Source: Kofleriaceae bacterium (GTDB lineage Bacteria > Myxococcota_A > Polyangia > Haliangiales > Haliangiaceae). Taken from it: a DNA stretch of 64,000 nt. The notes beneath the pieces were generated by a model. That model saw nothing but the letters and a program-made list of their open reading frames with translations, did no database searches and had not been told where the DNA came from. This document shows, piece after piece, positions 32,612 to 41,924 of the stretch; the first letter of the stretch is position 1, and the number at the start of each line of letters is the position of its first letter. The DNA lies in assembly GCA_965215005.1 (NCBI GenBank), contig CBDCCZ010000058.1:1-64000 (forward strand), given 5' to 3'. The translations under genes were made by a program, and so were the position numbers.

Positions 32612-33604
32612 TCAGCGCGGCGGATAGCCACCGCCGCCATACCCGCCACCACCGCTGCCGGAGGGAGGCGGCAACCCGCCGCTTTGGCCGCCGCTTTGGC
32701 CGCCGCTTTGGCCGCCGCTTTGGCCGGCAGGTGCGGTCGGCGCGGCTCCGCTCTGCGGCGGATATCCTGACTGCTGCGGCGGATAGCCCGCCTGCTGCGG
32801 CGGGTAGCCTCCTTGCCCCGGCGGCTGATGGCCGGTTGCCGGGCCAGGGGCGGGTTGGTAACCACCCGGCGGATAGCCGCCTGGTGGATAGCCCGGCGCC
32901 GGCTGGCCGTAGGCGCCTGGAGGCATGGCGCCCTGAGGAAAGCCATGCTGCGGGTGCGCCATCATCGGTGCCTGTCGAACCGGCATGGTCCAGCCGCTGA
33001 GGGCGCCAAAGCGGGTGATCGCAAGGAAGAAGATGGCGCCGTGCACCAGCGTGCTGCCCAGCTCGTAGCCGGTCATCGCCCATGGCGTGCCGGTAAACAA
33101 GGCGGTGAGGGCGCCGGCAAACGCGAACACGGTGAGAATTCCGGCCACCAACGCAACCAGGCCGCTCGCGTACTGCTCCGCTTTGGGATAGTCGCGATAG
33201 TTGGTGCGAGGCAGCAGCAGAAAGTAGACGGCAGCAAATCCGGCACTACCGGCAACGATGCCGGCGATACCCCGTTTGATGACCTCAGAGCCGCCTTTGG
33301 CGCCACTGAGCAAGTAGCTCAAGACATTGTCGAGACCCGCCGCGGCGATACCGAGCGAGACGATGAGGAGCGCAAACAGCGTGAGCTTGAGTTGCACTTG
33401 CTCATCGCCGCTGAGCGGACTGTCATCTCGGCGTCGCTCCCAAAAGATGAAGAAGTAGCCAAAGATGAGCGTTAGCAGCGCGGCCGCGACATACGCCCCA
33501 CCCGAGGCCACACCGCCGCCGGCCGCGAGTGCTGCCATAGCGAGCGCGTCTACGTCGACCTGCGCCAAGAGCACCGGTCCCATCCGATCGAGCGCGTGGA
33601 TCAT
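32612..33604 (-). CDS. Multi-TM membrane protein with Pro/Gly/Gln/Tyr-rich low-complexity tail
   Basis: About five hydrophobic helices followed by GYPP repeats and GGQS x4. Confidence 0.7.
   Translation of the reverse strand: MIHALDRMGPVLLAQVDVDALAMAALAAGGGVASGGAYVAAALLTLIFGYFFIFWERRRDDSPLSGDEQVQLKLTLFALLIVSLGIAAAGLDNVLSYLLSGAKGGSEVIKRGIAGIVAGSAGFAAVYFLLLPRTNYRDYPKAEQYASGLVALVAGILTVFAFAGALTALFTGTPWAMTGYELGSTLVHGAIFFLAITRFGALSGWTMPVRQAPMMAHPQHGFPQGAMPPGAYGQPAPGYPPGGYPPGGYQPAPGPATGHQPPGQGGYPPQQAGYPPQQSGYPPQSGAAPTAPAGQSGGQSGGQSGGQSGGLPPPSGSGGGGYGGGGYPPR
32677..32724. repeat. 12-bp tandem repeat x4 (CCGCCGCTTTGG)
   Basis: Read directly; encodes the GGQS-type repeat on the minus strand. Confidence 0.9.
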
Positions 33605-33739
33605 CGAGCCTCCCTCGCAGCGCCACCTGGCGCCGCTGCTCCCCATAGTACACGGGCGTTTCGCGGGCGCGCATCCGCGGCGGTGATTTCGTTGGGCGCC
33701 GGAGGTGGTGGCGCGGGTGCGAACCCGACGACGTTGCTC

Positions 33740-34231
33740 TTAGAAGCGGCGGACGAAGTCGCGAAACTCGCTGAGCACCGCCGACGCAGGATGCGCTTCA
33801 AACTGCGGATCCTCCCAGGGACCCAGCGCCGGCATTGCAAGCGACAGCGTGTACACCATCATCGAGCTGGCCATGGTCAGGCTGCGAAAGCTCGCGGCGC
33901 CTGCGACGCGAAGCGCCCCACCGGCCGGCGTTGACCAACCGACCCAGAGCGCCGCTTCGTCGTAGCGATAATGAATCGAGTAGCCGATTGTTCCGCGTTC
34001 GAGGCGCGCGAGATACGTAACGTGCGCGGCGCGTCCTGCGGCGTCGCGGCTCAGCACCCGCGCCGCGCTGATCACCGACATCCACTCAGGGGCGCGCTCG
34101 GCGGCGGCAAATAATTCGTAGGCTCGTGGCGCCGGGATCGGCAGCGTCGTCGTGAGCTCTTCGACGGCGCGAGGCGGGTGGGCTTGGGTGAAGGGATCGG
34201 CGGCGACCAGCGCCAGGGACGCAACGGGCAT
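33740..34231 (-). CDS. SRPBCC/polyketide cyclase-like lipid-binding protein
   Basis: PAPRAYELF..ERAPEWM..ARVLSRD matches the SRPBCC N-terminal pattern. Confidence 0.7.
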   Translation of the reverse strand: MPVASLALVAADPFTQAHPPRAVEELTTTLPIPAPRAYELFAAAERAPEWMSVISAARVLSRDAAGRAAHVTYLARLERGTIGYSIHYRYDEAALWVGWSTPAGGALRVAGAASFRSLTMASSMMVYTLSLAMPALGPWEDPQFEAHPASAVLSEFRDFVRRF

Positions 34232-34539
34232 GGAGGCTCCTGCTGAAGGCGGTGAAGCCTTGAGCAACGAATATGCCGGGGGATGCAGGCCTAGATTTCA
34301 GTTGGTTAGGCCGCACTGACGGGAGGATCGGCGGGTTCGGTAACCACCGATGGGCGGCGTCGGTTGCCAGCGGAAATTTTCCCTGCACTCTAGGCGTCAG
34401 CATGGGTTTCAATGCTCTGACGCTGCGCGTCAACCCATGCCCCGCGGGGACGAAACCGCGCAATCGCGCCCCGCATCGCTTGACCCCGACGCCGCATATC
34501 AGTCAGATGCGGCTCCTACCAGAACCCAGGAGGCCCCCA

Positions 34540-34824
34540 TTGTCGAACTACACCAAGGCTGAGTTGCTCAACGAGATTGCCGAGCGCGCTGGTGTGAGCA
34601 AGAACGACGTCGAGAGCGTCATCGAAGCCCTTTTCACCACGGTGACCCAGCAGGCGAAAGCCGGCAACAAGGTCTCGTGGCCCGGCTTCGGCTCGTTCAG
34701 CACGTCGCAACGTTCCGCCCGCACCGGCCGCAATCCTCAGACAGGCGCGGAAATCCAGATTCCCGCATCGACCGCGCTGAAGTTCACCGCGGCCAAGGCG
34801 CTCAAAGACGAGCTCAACAGCTGA
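34540..34824 (+). CDS. hup: HU family DNA-binding protein
   Basis: KAELLNEIA, GFGSF, RTGRNPQTG and FTAAKALK. AGGAGG precedes TTG 34540. Confidence 0.93.
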   Translation: MSNYTKAELLNEIAERAGVSKNDVESVIEALFTTVTQQAKAGNKVSWPGFGSFSTSQRSARTGRNPQTGAEIQIPASTALKFTAAKALKDELNS

Positions 34825-34894
34825 GGCCAACCGCGGCTCGCTCGATGCTCGCCGTGAGCGTCGAGCGGGTGGCGTAGCGCCGACTACAGAGAGC

Positions 34895-36580
34895 TCAACG
34901 CCGCTCGATGCCGATGATCCGTGCCTGGCCGTCGCTTGGTCGACGCGCGAGGTGCACTTCCACGGCCGGCAACGCTCGCTGGTCGCGAAGGGTGTCAAGG
35001 CGCAGAATCGTGTAGCCGTCATCGGTGTCGGACAACGCCAATCCGCTGACGCAGGTGGTTGGTGCGCCAGTCTCGGCAGTGAGCCGAAGGTCGAGCCCGA
35101 GCGGTTGGCCGTTGCGGTCGAAGGTGCGAGCGCGATAGGTGCTGCTGGCCGCGGTGGGCGTGAGCTCGTGCGCCACCAGCAAATCGGTGAAGCACACGCG
35201 CGGACCAGCGGGTGATTGCTCTAGCACGAGATCGACGAGTGGGTTGGTCTTGCGAAGCCAATAGCGAGCGGCCTTGCGTTGGCGGCCAATCAGCATCTCG
35301 AGCAAGTAGTCCACGGCTCGTGGATCTTCATACTGGCCTTGCTCGAGCGCTGCGCGCAGATGCGCCGGCGTCAGTCGCAACATTAGATTTGCCGCCCACA
35401 GCATGTCGTGCCGGTCGGCCAGCAGAAACGGCAGATACGGCGCCTGCGGGCTGTAATCATCGGGCCGATAGTGCTCGACATCGTAGTGTCCAACCCCCTC
35501 GATATCGGGACGTTCTAGGCCCTCCCACGGGCGCTTCCACAGGCCGAACGCAAGCGCCGATTGGAAGTAGTACTTGTCGAACGATTCGGTGTGACCATCG
35601 GCGGGGCGTTTGCCGAGGAACACGAAGGTACCGAGCGACTTGCCGAAGTCGACCAGGTAATGAACCACGAAGTGGCGGTTTTTATCGCGCGGATCCTCGG
35701 CATAGATGTCGAGGCTGTTGGCCGCTTTCATGTCGGTGTGTTGCAGCCACGATGCGAACAACGCGAGCCCGCGGAGCTCGCGGCGATGCTGGTGCGGGAT
35801 GGTGTCATTGGGATCATCCTCGCGAACGCCCTCTAGTGGGATGCCGCCGATGGGAATCCCAGGCAGGAACTCGCTAAATAGGCCCCGGTACCTGCCATCG
35901 TCGCCGAGATGCACCCTCGCCAGGGTCGACTCGACGTCGTTCTGATTCATGGGCCGCTTGCGGCCAACGGTGCTCTTGACCTCGGCATCATCGGCCAGCT
36001 CTAGCTGTTCTCGGCGAAAGTACCCGATCGTGTTATTGGGCACTTGCCAGCCTGCCGTCCAGAGGATGCGCTGCACCACCACGTCGGTGGCGGTCTCCAT
36101 CGTGGGCGCGCGCGGCTCGTCGAACTTGAGGATGTAACGGTCGCCTTTGGCATCCTTGACGATGAATCCCGCGGCGGCGCCGCCAACCTTGCCACTGACG
36201 ATGGTGATCGGTTGCGATAGGTCGGGACCGCCGCCTGGGTCGGGACCGGCGGCGACATCTGCGGGCGTGACCTCGTGCTTGCCAATCCGATTGGTAAACC
36301 AGGTGGAGTCGGGAACTTCATCGAGACTGTTGGTGCCTATCGCGCGGATTGGCCGGTGCACCTCCATGGGGTAGGTGAGGCGTCGATAGAGCGTGGAATC
36401 GAAGTTGTCGAGGAGCCGGTAGTCAGGCCGATTTTCTGGCTGCTGGGGAACGTTCTCGCGGTCGTCGACCTTCGCGACCGGCTCGCGGTTGTAGAAACGT
36501 ACTGCACTCACTGGCGTGCGCGCGGCACCGCCGCAGCCAATGACGAGCAAGAGTGCACACAGCAAGAGAAAGCGTTGCAT
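34895..36580 (-). CDS. Lipoprotein with atypical protein-kinase-like motifs
   Basis: Lipobox VIG-C; Gly loop GKVGGAAAGF; YILKFD; a downstream Glu helix (METATD); HTDMKAAN; YLVDFG. Confidence 0.65.
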   Translation of the reverse strand: MQRFLLLCALLLVIGCGGAARTPVSAVRFYNREPVAKVDDRENVPQQPENRPDYRLLDNFDSTLYRRLTYPMEVHRPIRAIGTNSLDEVPDSTWFTNRIGKHEVTPADVAAGPDPGGGPDLSQPITIVSGKVGGAAAGFIVKDAKGDRYILKFDEPRAPTMETATDVVVQRILWTAGWQVPNNTIGYFRREQLELADDAEVKSTVGRKRPMNQNDVESTLARVHLGDDGRYRGLFSEFLPGIPIGGIPLEGVREDDPNDTIPHQHRRELRGLALFASWLQHTDMKAANSLDIYAEDPRDKNRHFVVHYLVDFGKSLGTFVFLGKRPADGHTESFDKYYFQSALAFGLWKRPWEGLERPDIEGVGHYDVEHYRPDDYSPQAPYLPFLLADRHDMLWAANLMLRLTPAHLRAALEQGQYEDPRAVDYLLEMLIGRQRKAARYWLRKTNPLVDLVLEQSPAGPRVCFTDLLVAHELTPTAASSTYRARTFDRNGQPLGLDLRLTAETGAPTTCVSGLALSDTDDGYTILRLDTLRDQRALPAVEVHLARRPSDGQARIIGIERR

Positions 36581-36584
36581 GGCG

Positions 36585-38138
36585 TCAGAGAAGGGGGTTG
36601 CGCAGGTGTACGTCGAAGATCGGATCGAAGCTAACGAAGAACAACAGACCGCCGTCCTTCGAGCTGAAAATTCCCAGGCGGGCCAAAAAGGATTGGGTCA
36701 TGTGGAGCTGTAGGCCGCCGCCAAACCCAACTCTGAGATTCTCTGCGCTCACGTCGTCGAGGTCGCGAAACACGCGGCCGACGTCGGTGAACAGATAGCC
36801 GCTGAGGCGGCGCGAAATCGGGTAGTCGTATTCTGCCGACATCATGGCGGCCAATCGGTCACGAAACCGAGCTCGATTGTAGCCGCGCAAGAGCAGCGGA
36901 CCGCCCAGCAGGGGTAGGTCGGTGAACGGAACCTCGCTGAGGCTGCCGGTCACTCCCTCGACGTAGGCGCGGGTGACGAGCACCCGGTCGCCGCCGTAAA
37001 GATCGAAGAAGCGCATGAGCTCTAGGCCCCAGCGGCCGAACTCAGAAGGGTCTTCGCCTTGACCCCACTGGTAGCCGACAAATGCACTGCCCAGCCACCC
37101 CGTCGAGGGCGCCGCTCGCGAGAGATAGAAGCGCGTCGCGCGCCGCGTATCGTAGACGAGCTCGAGCTCGCTGTAGACGTTGGAGAGCCCGGTGCGATAT
37201 CCCGGCAGGGCATCGACATCGAAGACATCTTCGATGTCTTGGTCGCCAAAGCTTCCGGTGTAGGCGTCGAAATCCGTCGCGCGATAGGCGCCGTGGAGGC
37301 CGACCTTTAGCTGGGGCGAGAAGCGCACGATGGCCGCGGCACCGCTGGCGAGGTTGTTGTGGCGATAGCGGGTTTGACGGGCGATGTCGCTTCCGATCGG
37401 ATCGAGGTCCATGCCCACGTCCACGGGTTCTGCGAGCTCGTCGCTGTTGCCATAGCCATAGAAAAACGATCCGAGAAATCGCCTGTAGGAGGTGCGTAGC
37501 TCGAGCTCGAAGTGCTCGCCCAGGAGCCGGCCCGAGCCCAGGCGCGCCTCATACGACTGCCGCTCGCGACCACCGATGCTCGCCTTGAGCCGAAGCTTGG
37601 TGCCGGCGGCGAAGAGGTTTCGCGCGATCAACACCGCTCCAACGCCGGCACCAAAGCCGCTCTCGAACTCCACCGTGGGGAACACACCGAGCGTCTCGGT
37701 CTCGTTGAAGAAGATGCGCTTGAATCGGTCGCGAACCTCGTAGTGCTCATAGCTCCACATGCCCAGGCGGAGGGGCGCAAAGACCACCTCGAGCGCGTAG
37801 CGGGGGACGAACAGTAGAACCCGAGGAAACCACAACCATCGCTGGTGGGAAGTGTCGCGCGGAGTGGCGATTCCCGAAGCGTCTCGTGGCGGAGGCGCAC
37901 CCGCGAAGGCGGCCGCCGGCTTGGGCTCTGCTGCAAGGTAGTCGGGGCGCTCAGGGGTTTGCTCTGAGGAAGCATCGGGCGCGGTGGAGGGCGGTGCATC
38001 GGGCGCTGGCGCGTTGGCCGGGGCTTCGTTGGCGGCCGCCGGTGGGGTCTCTGCGGCTGACTGCGCCTGCGCCGCCGAAGCGCCGACCGTTAGGAAGATC
38101 AGGAACGCGAATGCGGGGAAGGCGCGGGAACGAACCAC
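36585..38138 (-). CDS. Omp85/BamA-TamA family outer-membrane barrel protein
   Basis: Signal peptide, Pro/Ala linker, ESGFGAGVG, amphipathic strands, LGG..LRGY..RFRD lid motif and C-terminal GFGGGL. Confidence 0.8.
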   Translation of the reverse strand: MVRSRAFPAFAFLIFLTVGASAAQAQSAAETPPAAANEAPANAPAPDAPPSTAPDASSEQTPERPDYLAAEPKPAAAFAGAPPPRDASGIATPRDTSHQRWLWFPRVLLFVPRYALEVVFAPLRLGMWSYEHYEVRDRFKRIFFNETETLGVFPTVEFESGFGAGVGAVLIARNLFAAGTKLRLKASIGGRERQSYEARLGSGRLLGEHFELELRTSYRRFLGSFFYGYGNSDELAEPVDVGMDLDPIGSDIARQTRYRHNNLASGAAAIVRFSPQLKVGLHGAYRATDFDAYTGSFGDQDIEDVFDVDALPGYRTGLSNVYSELELVYDTRRATRFYLSRAAPSTGWLGSAFVGYQWGQGEDPSEFGRWGLELMRFFDLYGGDRVLVTRAYVEGVTGSLSEVPFTDLPLLGGPLLLRGYNRARFRDRLAAMMSAEYDYPISRRLSGYLFTDVGRVFRDLDDVSAENLRVGFGGGLQLHMTQSFLARLGIFSSKDGGLLFFVSFDPIFDVHLRNPLL

Positions 38139-38262
38139 GGGCAGATTCTAAGGCTGGATCGCCGCTGCGCTGGTGAAGAGAGCGCTTTTCTTCTGCCCCG
38201 CCGCGCGTCCCGTCGATGGCGTCGGCCGTGCGACGATAGCGACAACCTCGCGGGAGACTTCG

Positions 38263-39219
38263 ATGAACCAACGTGTACTCATTGCCGCGGCTCTCATGAC
38301 CGTCGCCGCCGGTTGTAAACAAGAGGCCGCTCAAACGCCGCCTGCCGCGGCCGATCCCAACGCCGCAGAGCATGCTGCCGCCCCGGTCGCCGCCGCGGAG
38401 CCCGCCCAGCCTGCGCCCCAGCCACCAACCGCGGCGCAGATCGAACGGCCGCTGCTGTGGAAGGTCACTGCGCCCAGCGGTGGCACCGGCTATCTCCTTG
38501 GCACCATGCACTTGGGCATCGACGCTGAGAAACAGCTACCACCGGTGGTGTGGGAAGCGCTCACCAGAGCCGACCTGTTCGCCATGGAGATGGACGTCAC
38601 GGATCCCAAGCTGCTTGCGCTCGCGGTGCGCAGCGACGGCACGACCCTGCGCGAGGAGCTCGGCGAAGCGACGTGGAAGAAGCTCGAGGACGAGCTCGGC
38701 AAAGCGATGGCTGCGGGCCTAAACGGCATGAAGCCCGCGGCAGCCGCGGCGCTGCTGCTGGTTCAGGGCCTGCCGATGACGCCGTCGATGGATCTCACTC
38801 TTCGGCAGAAAGCCGCCGCGGCAGCCAAGGAGCTGGTGTTCCTCGAAGAGGTCGAGTTTCAGCAAGAGCTGCTGGAGGAGTTCATGACGGCCGACTACGT
38901 GACGTATCTCCTCGAAGACTTGGGTGAGGTCCGCGATGCGGCGACGAACTCGCTCGAGGCCTATCAACGAGGCGACGCGGAGGCTCTCGGCGACTCCATC
39001 CTGGACCCGGCGCAGTGGCAACGCAGCGGCAAGGGAGCCATCGACAAGATGTTGTATCGCCGCAATGCGGCTTGGGTGCCGCAGATTCGGGCGCTCATTG
39101 CCCGGGGCACGCCCTTCGTCGCCGTGGGTGCTGGGCACTTGGTTGGCAAGCGCTCGGTCGTCGACCTGCTGCGGCGCAAAGGCTATCGGGTCGAGCGGCT
39201 CGCTGCAGACGACACCTGA
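38263..39219 (+). CDS. TraB/GumN (Tiki-like) family lipoprotein
   Basis: Lipobox AAG-C, LLWKV, YLLGTMH, RRNAAW and FVAVGAGHL. Confidence 0.88.
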   Translation: MNQRVLIAAALMTVAAGCKQEAAQTPPAAADPNAAEHAAAPVAAAEPAQPAPQPPTAAQIERPLLWKVTAPSGGTGYLLGTMHLGIDAEKQLPPVVWEALTRADLFAMEMDVTDPKLLALAVRSDGTTLREELGEATWKKLEDELGKAMAAGLNGMKPAAAAALLLVQGLPMTPSMDLTLRQKAAAAAKELVFLEEVEFQQELLEEFMTADYVTYLLEDLGEVRDAATNSLEAYQRGDAEALGDSILDPAQWQRSGKGAIDKMLYRRNAAWVPQIRALIARGTPFVAVGAGHLVGKRSVVDLLRRKGYRVERLAADDT

Positions 39220-39315
39220 GCGCCGGGGCCGCTCGATGACAGTGATCGCACGCGCGAGCGCCGAGCCACCCGTCTTTGCAGGCCTCTGGTCTAGCACTTG
39301 CAATCGTGCGCCCGC

Positions 39316-39756
39316 ATGACGCGCGACCCATCTGGCCAACCTCAGCGCCACCCCGGCATCGACCGCTCGCGTCGCATCGCGCGCGTGCTCGACGACGCGT
39401 ACCTGGATCCGATTCTCGGCTTCTTCTTCCCCGGCGTGGGAGATCTCCTCACCGCGGGCACCGGTCTCTACATGGTTGCGACCGCGGTGCGAATCGGGCT
39501 TCCCGCCGTGGTCATTGCACGCATGCTGGTCAACCTCGCCGTCGACGCGCTGCTTGGCGCCATTCCCCTGGTCGGCGATGTCTTCGACGTGGTGTTCAAG
39601 GCCAACCGGCGCAATCTCGCGCTGCTCGAGTCACGCACCGAAGGCAAATCGACTGCCGGCGACTACGCGTTTCTCGTGCTGGCGATGGTGCTGTTTCTGT
39701 GCGCCCTGCTGGTTCCGATCTATCTGTTCGTGCTGCTCATCCGCGCGTTGTTTTGA
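39316..39756 (+). CDS. DUF4112 family membrane protein
   Basis: LDPILGF..PGVGD, RMLVN..D..GAIPLVGDVFD..FKANRRN. Confidence 0.85.
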   Translation: MTRDPSGQPQRHPGIDRSRRIARVLDDAYLDPILGFFFPGVGDLLTAGTGLYMVATAVRIGLPAVVIARMLVNLAVDALLGAIPLVGDVFDVVFKANRRNLALLESRTEGKSTAGDYAFLVLAMVLFLCALLVPIYLFVLLIRALF

Positions 39757-39757
39757 G

Positions 39758-40321
39758 TCACCAACCTTCGAACACATCTGGGACCGCCGCCAGCGGCAAC
39801 AGGGCGATGCGCATGCGACGGCGGTTTTTGACGTCTTCGAGGTAGAGGGTGACGCTTTCGCACGATCCAGTTGGCTCGCAGAGGATCTCGAACTCACCGG
39901 AGCCGAACTCGGTGGGCGTGCCGCCGGCGTTGAGCCGTGCGGTGCCGCTCTCGTATCCAACCAGGGTCACGTCTTTGGGTACGTAGTGGCGCTCGATTTG
40001 CTCCCAGACACTGCTGGTGTCGCTGTCCGGCCGACGCACTTCCATGGCCACGAAGCGCCCACTGGCGTCGGCATCGACGATGAGCCGGGCGCGCGCGGTG
40101 AAGCCTTCGGCATCGATGATGGCGCTCTCGAGAGGGCCCTCGGCGACCGCTTTGCGCGACGTCTCGGCGAGCTGGTCGGCAAGCTCCCTGGCGACGTGAT
40201 CCACATCGGGGGTGGAGCGCAAATTGACCACCGCCACGGTACCGAGGATGCCGACGATGGCGACCACCACCATCAACTCGACGAGCGTGAAACCGCTCTG
40301 CCTCGCGCGCGTCGAGCTCAT
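39758..40321 (-). CDS. FimT/FimU-like minor pilin
   Basis: Prepilin site QSG|FTLVELMVVVAIVGIL. Confidence 0.85.
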   Translation of the reverse strand: MSSTRARQSGFTLVELMVVVAIVGILGTVAVVNLRSTPDVDHVARELADQLAETSRKAVAEGPLESAIIDAEGFTARARLIVDADASGRFVAMEVRRPDSDTSSVWEQIERHYVPKDVTLVGYESGTARLNAGGTPTEFGSGEFEILCEPTGSCESVTLYLEDVKNRRRMRIALLPLAAVPDVFEGW

Positions 40322-41451
40322 ATGCCCACTCCCATGTTTCGCAGATCGAGCGACATCGTCGTCGAGCGATAGACGTAGTCGCCGACGTACCGCTCGGGCC
40401 GCTGCGCCGCCGGCGTATTCATCAAATCGACGCCGCACGGATCGACGCGCGGGTTATCAGGGCACTCTTGGCCCCAGTCGCCGAGCGCGTTGTTCTCTGG
40501 AAACGCAAGATCCGTGTAAGCCCGCGTTTCCGTGGAGGCCGCATCGGCGATAGGCGAGGTGTTGCGGCCCTCGATGGTGAGGCTCACTTGCAGCGCAACT
40601 CCATTGGCCGGACGACCCGCGGCGCCTTCTTCTTGATTGTCGCTAGAATACCAGTCGCGCTCGGGGTCGCCGTCGCCATCGGCATCGGTCAAGTCGCCTT
40701 CTTCGAAGAAGCGAGTGGCAACTTGTAGGTTGGTGAAGCCAGTGCCGAGGTCCGTCCAATCATCTGGCAACAGCCCGCCGCTGTCGGAGCTCTGCAGCAC
40801 CCCAAGCTCGGTACGCTCGGGGTCGAGGCGATAGCCGCGCAAGATCGCCGGGAACAACATCACCTGCTGGCCGCCGGCGATGGAGCCCTTGATCGCGTCA
40901 CAGTGCGCGTTGGGATCGACGTTGAACGGCGCCTCAGGCTGCAGTCTAACTTGGGTGGCGGTGCTGGTGACCCGTCCCATGCAAGCAGCGCTTTCGGCGA
41001 CCATCACCACGAACTCACCCACGACGAACTGCGTGGAGTCGGTGACGGTAAGCCGCCGGCCGTTGCTTGAAATGGCAGTGACGACATCGGAGCGGCTGAC
41101 ATCGGCGTAAATGACGCGGAATGCATCGGGGCCGGTGCCGTCGGCGTCGTTGTCTACTGAAAAGGCAGCGAGAACCCCGTCAGCATCGACGCCGGTGGCA
41201 ACGGCGATTCCTGCGGCCGGCAGCCGATTGCCCGCTTGCCGTACATCCCGCACGAGTAGACTGCGCGCGGCATGCACTGTCTCGTCTGCTTCGTTGATCT
41301 TGGATTGCGAACGAAATGCGCGAGTGAGGCGGGTGTTGGCGTCGAACAGAAAGCCGATGAGCAGCGTCGACACCACCAGTGCAACCATCAGCTCGATGAG
41401 CGTGAGGCCAGATTGCTGGCTGCGCGGTTTCGGGGTGGATTGGCTCGCCAT
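40318..41451 (-). CDS. PilW-like minor pilin
   Basis: QSG|LTLIELMVAL, RDVRQAG and C-terminal LRN. Confidence 0.82.
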   Translation of the reverse strand: MASQSTPKPRSQQSGLTLIELMVALVVSTLLIGFLFDANTRLTRAFRSQSKINEADETVHAARSLLVRDVRQAGNRLPAAGIAVATGVDADGVLAAFSVDNDADGTGPDAFRVIYADVSRSDVVTAISSNGRRLTVTDSTQFVVGEFVVMVAESAACMGRVTSTATQVRLQPEAPFNVDPNAHCDAIKGSIAGGQQVMLFPAILRGYRLDPERTELGVLQSSDSGGLLPDDWTDLGTGFTNLQVATRFFEEGDLTDADGDGDPERDWYSSDNQEEGAAGRPANGVALQVSLTIEGRNTSPIADAASTETRAYTDLAFPENNALGDWGQECPDNPRVDPCGVDLMNTPAAQRPERYVGDYVYRSTTMSLDLRNMGVGI

Positions 41452-41924
41452 TACATGTGCTCCCTGCGCGAGCGCAACATCTCGAGCGATACCTGGTGAT
41501 CGTAGAGACCGCCCTCAGCGCCTGGGGCGGCGCCGTCCTCGGTCCAGGCGACGGTGACGCGCAACCACACCAGCTGCTGCTCCGAGCCGTCGATCCCGCG
41601 GGCTTCCACCGAGCGACGAAACGTCACCCCGCTCGTGCCCACGACGTCCCCTTCGTGATGATCGGCAGGCCCCCAACCCGCGTTGGTGATCGGTCCGTAT
41701 GCCGCGATTGCCTCGATCTCAGCCACCGGCGTGCCGCGAAACGCCTCGAGAGTCTCTTCGCAGAGATCGATCGCTTCGCTGGTGTAGCGGGCTCCTGCGG
41801 CGCCGCGGGCCGATGCCGCATAGATCGACAACAGGCCCGCTAGTCCAATGAGCGTGACCGACATGGTCACCAGCAGCTCGAGCAGCGTGAAGCCGCCATC
41901 GCGACGGCGAGGTCGTTGCTTCAA
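41451..41924 (-). CDS. PilV-like minor pilin
   Basis: GG|FTLLELLVTM..GLAGL and VTVAW. Confidence 0.82.
   Translation of the reverse strand: MKQRPRRRDGGFTLLELLVTMSVTLIGLAGLLSIYAASARGAAGARYTSEAIDLCEETLEAFRGTPVAEIEAIAAYGPITNAGWGPADHHEGDVVGTSGVTFRRSVEARGIDGSEQQLVWLRVTVAWTEDGAAPGAEGGLYDHQVSLEMLRSRREHM

Noticed and set aside
38263..39219. TraB-family gene as evidence of a conjugative element
   Set aside because: TraB/GumN here is the Tiki-like metalloprotease family, and there are no relaxase or T4SS genes nearby.
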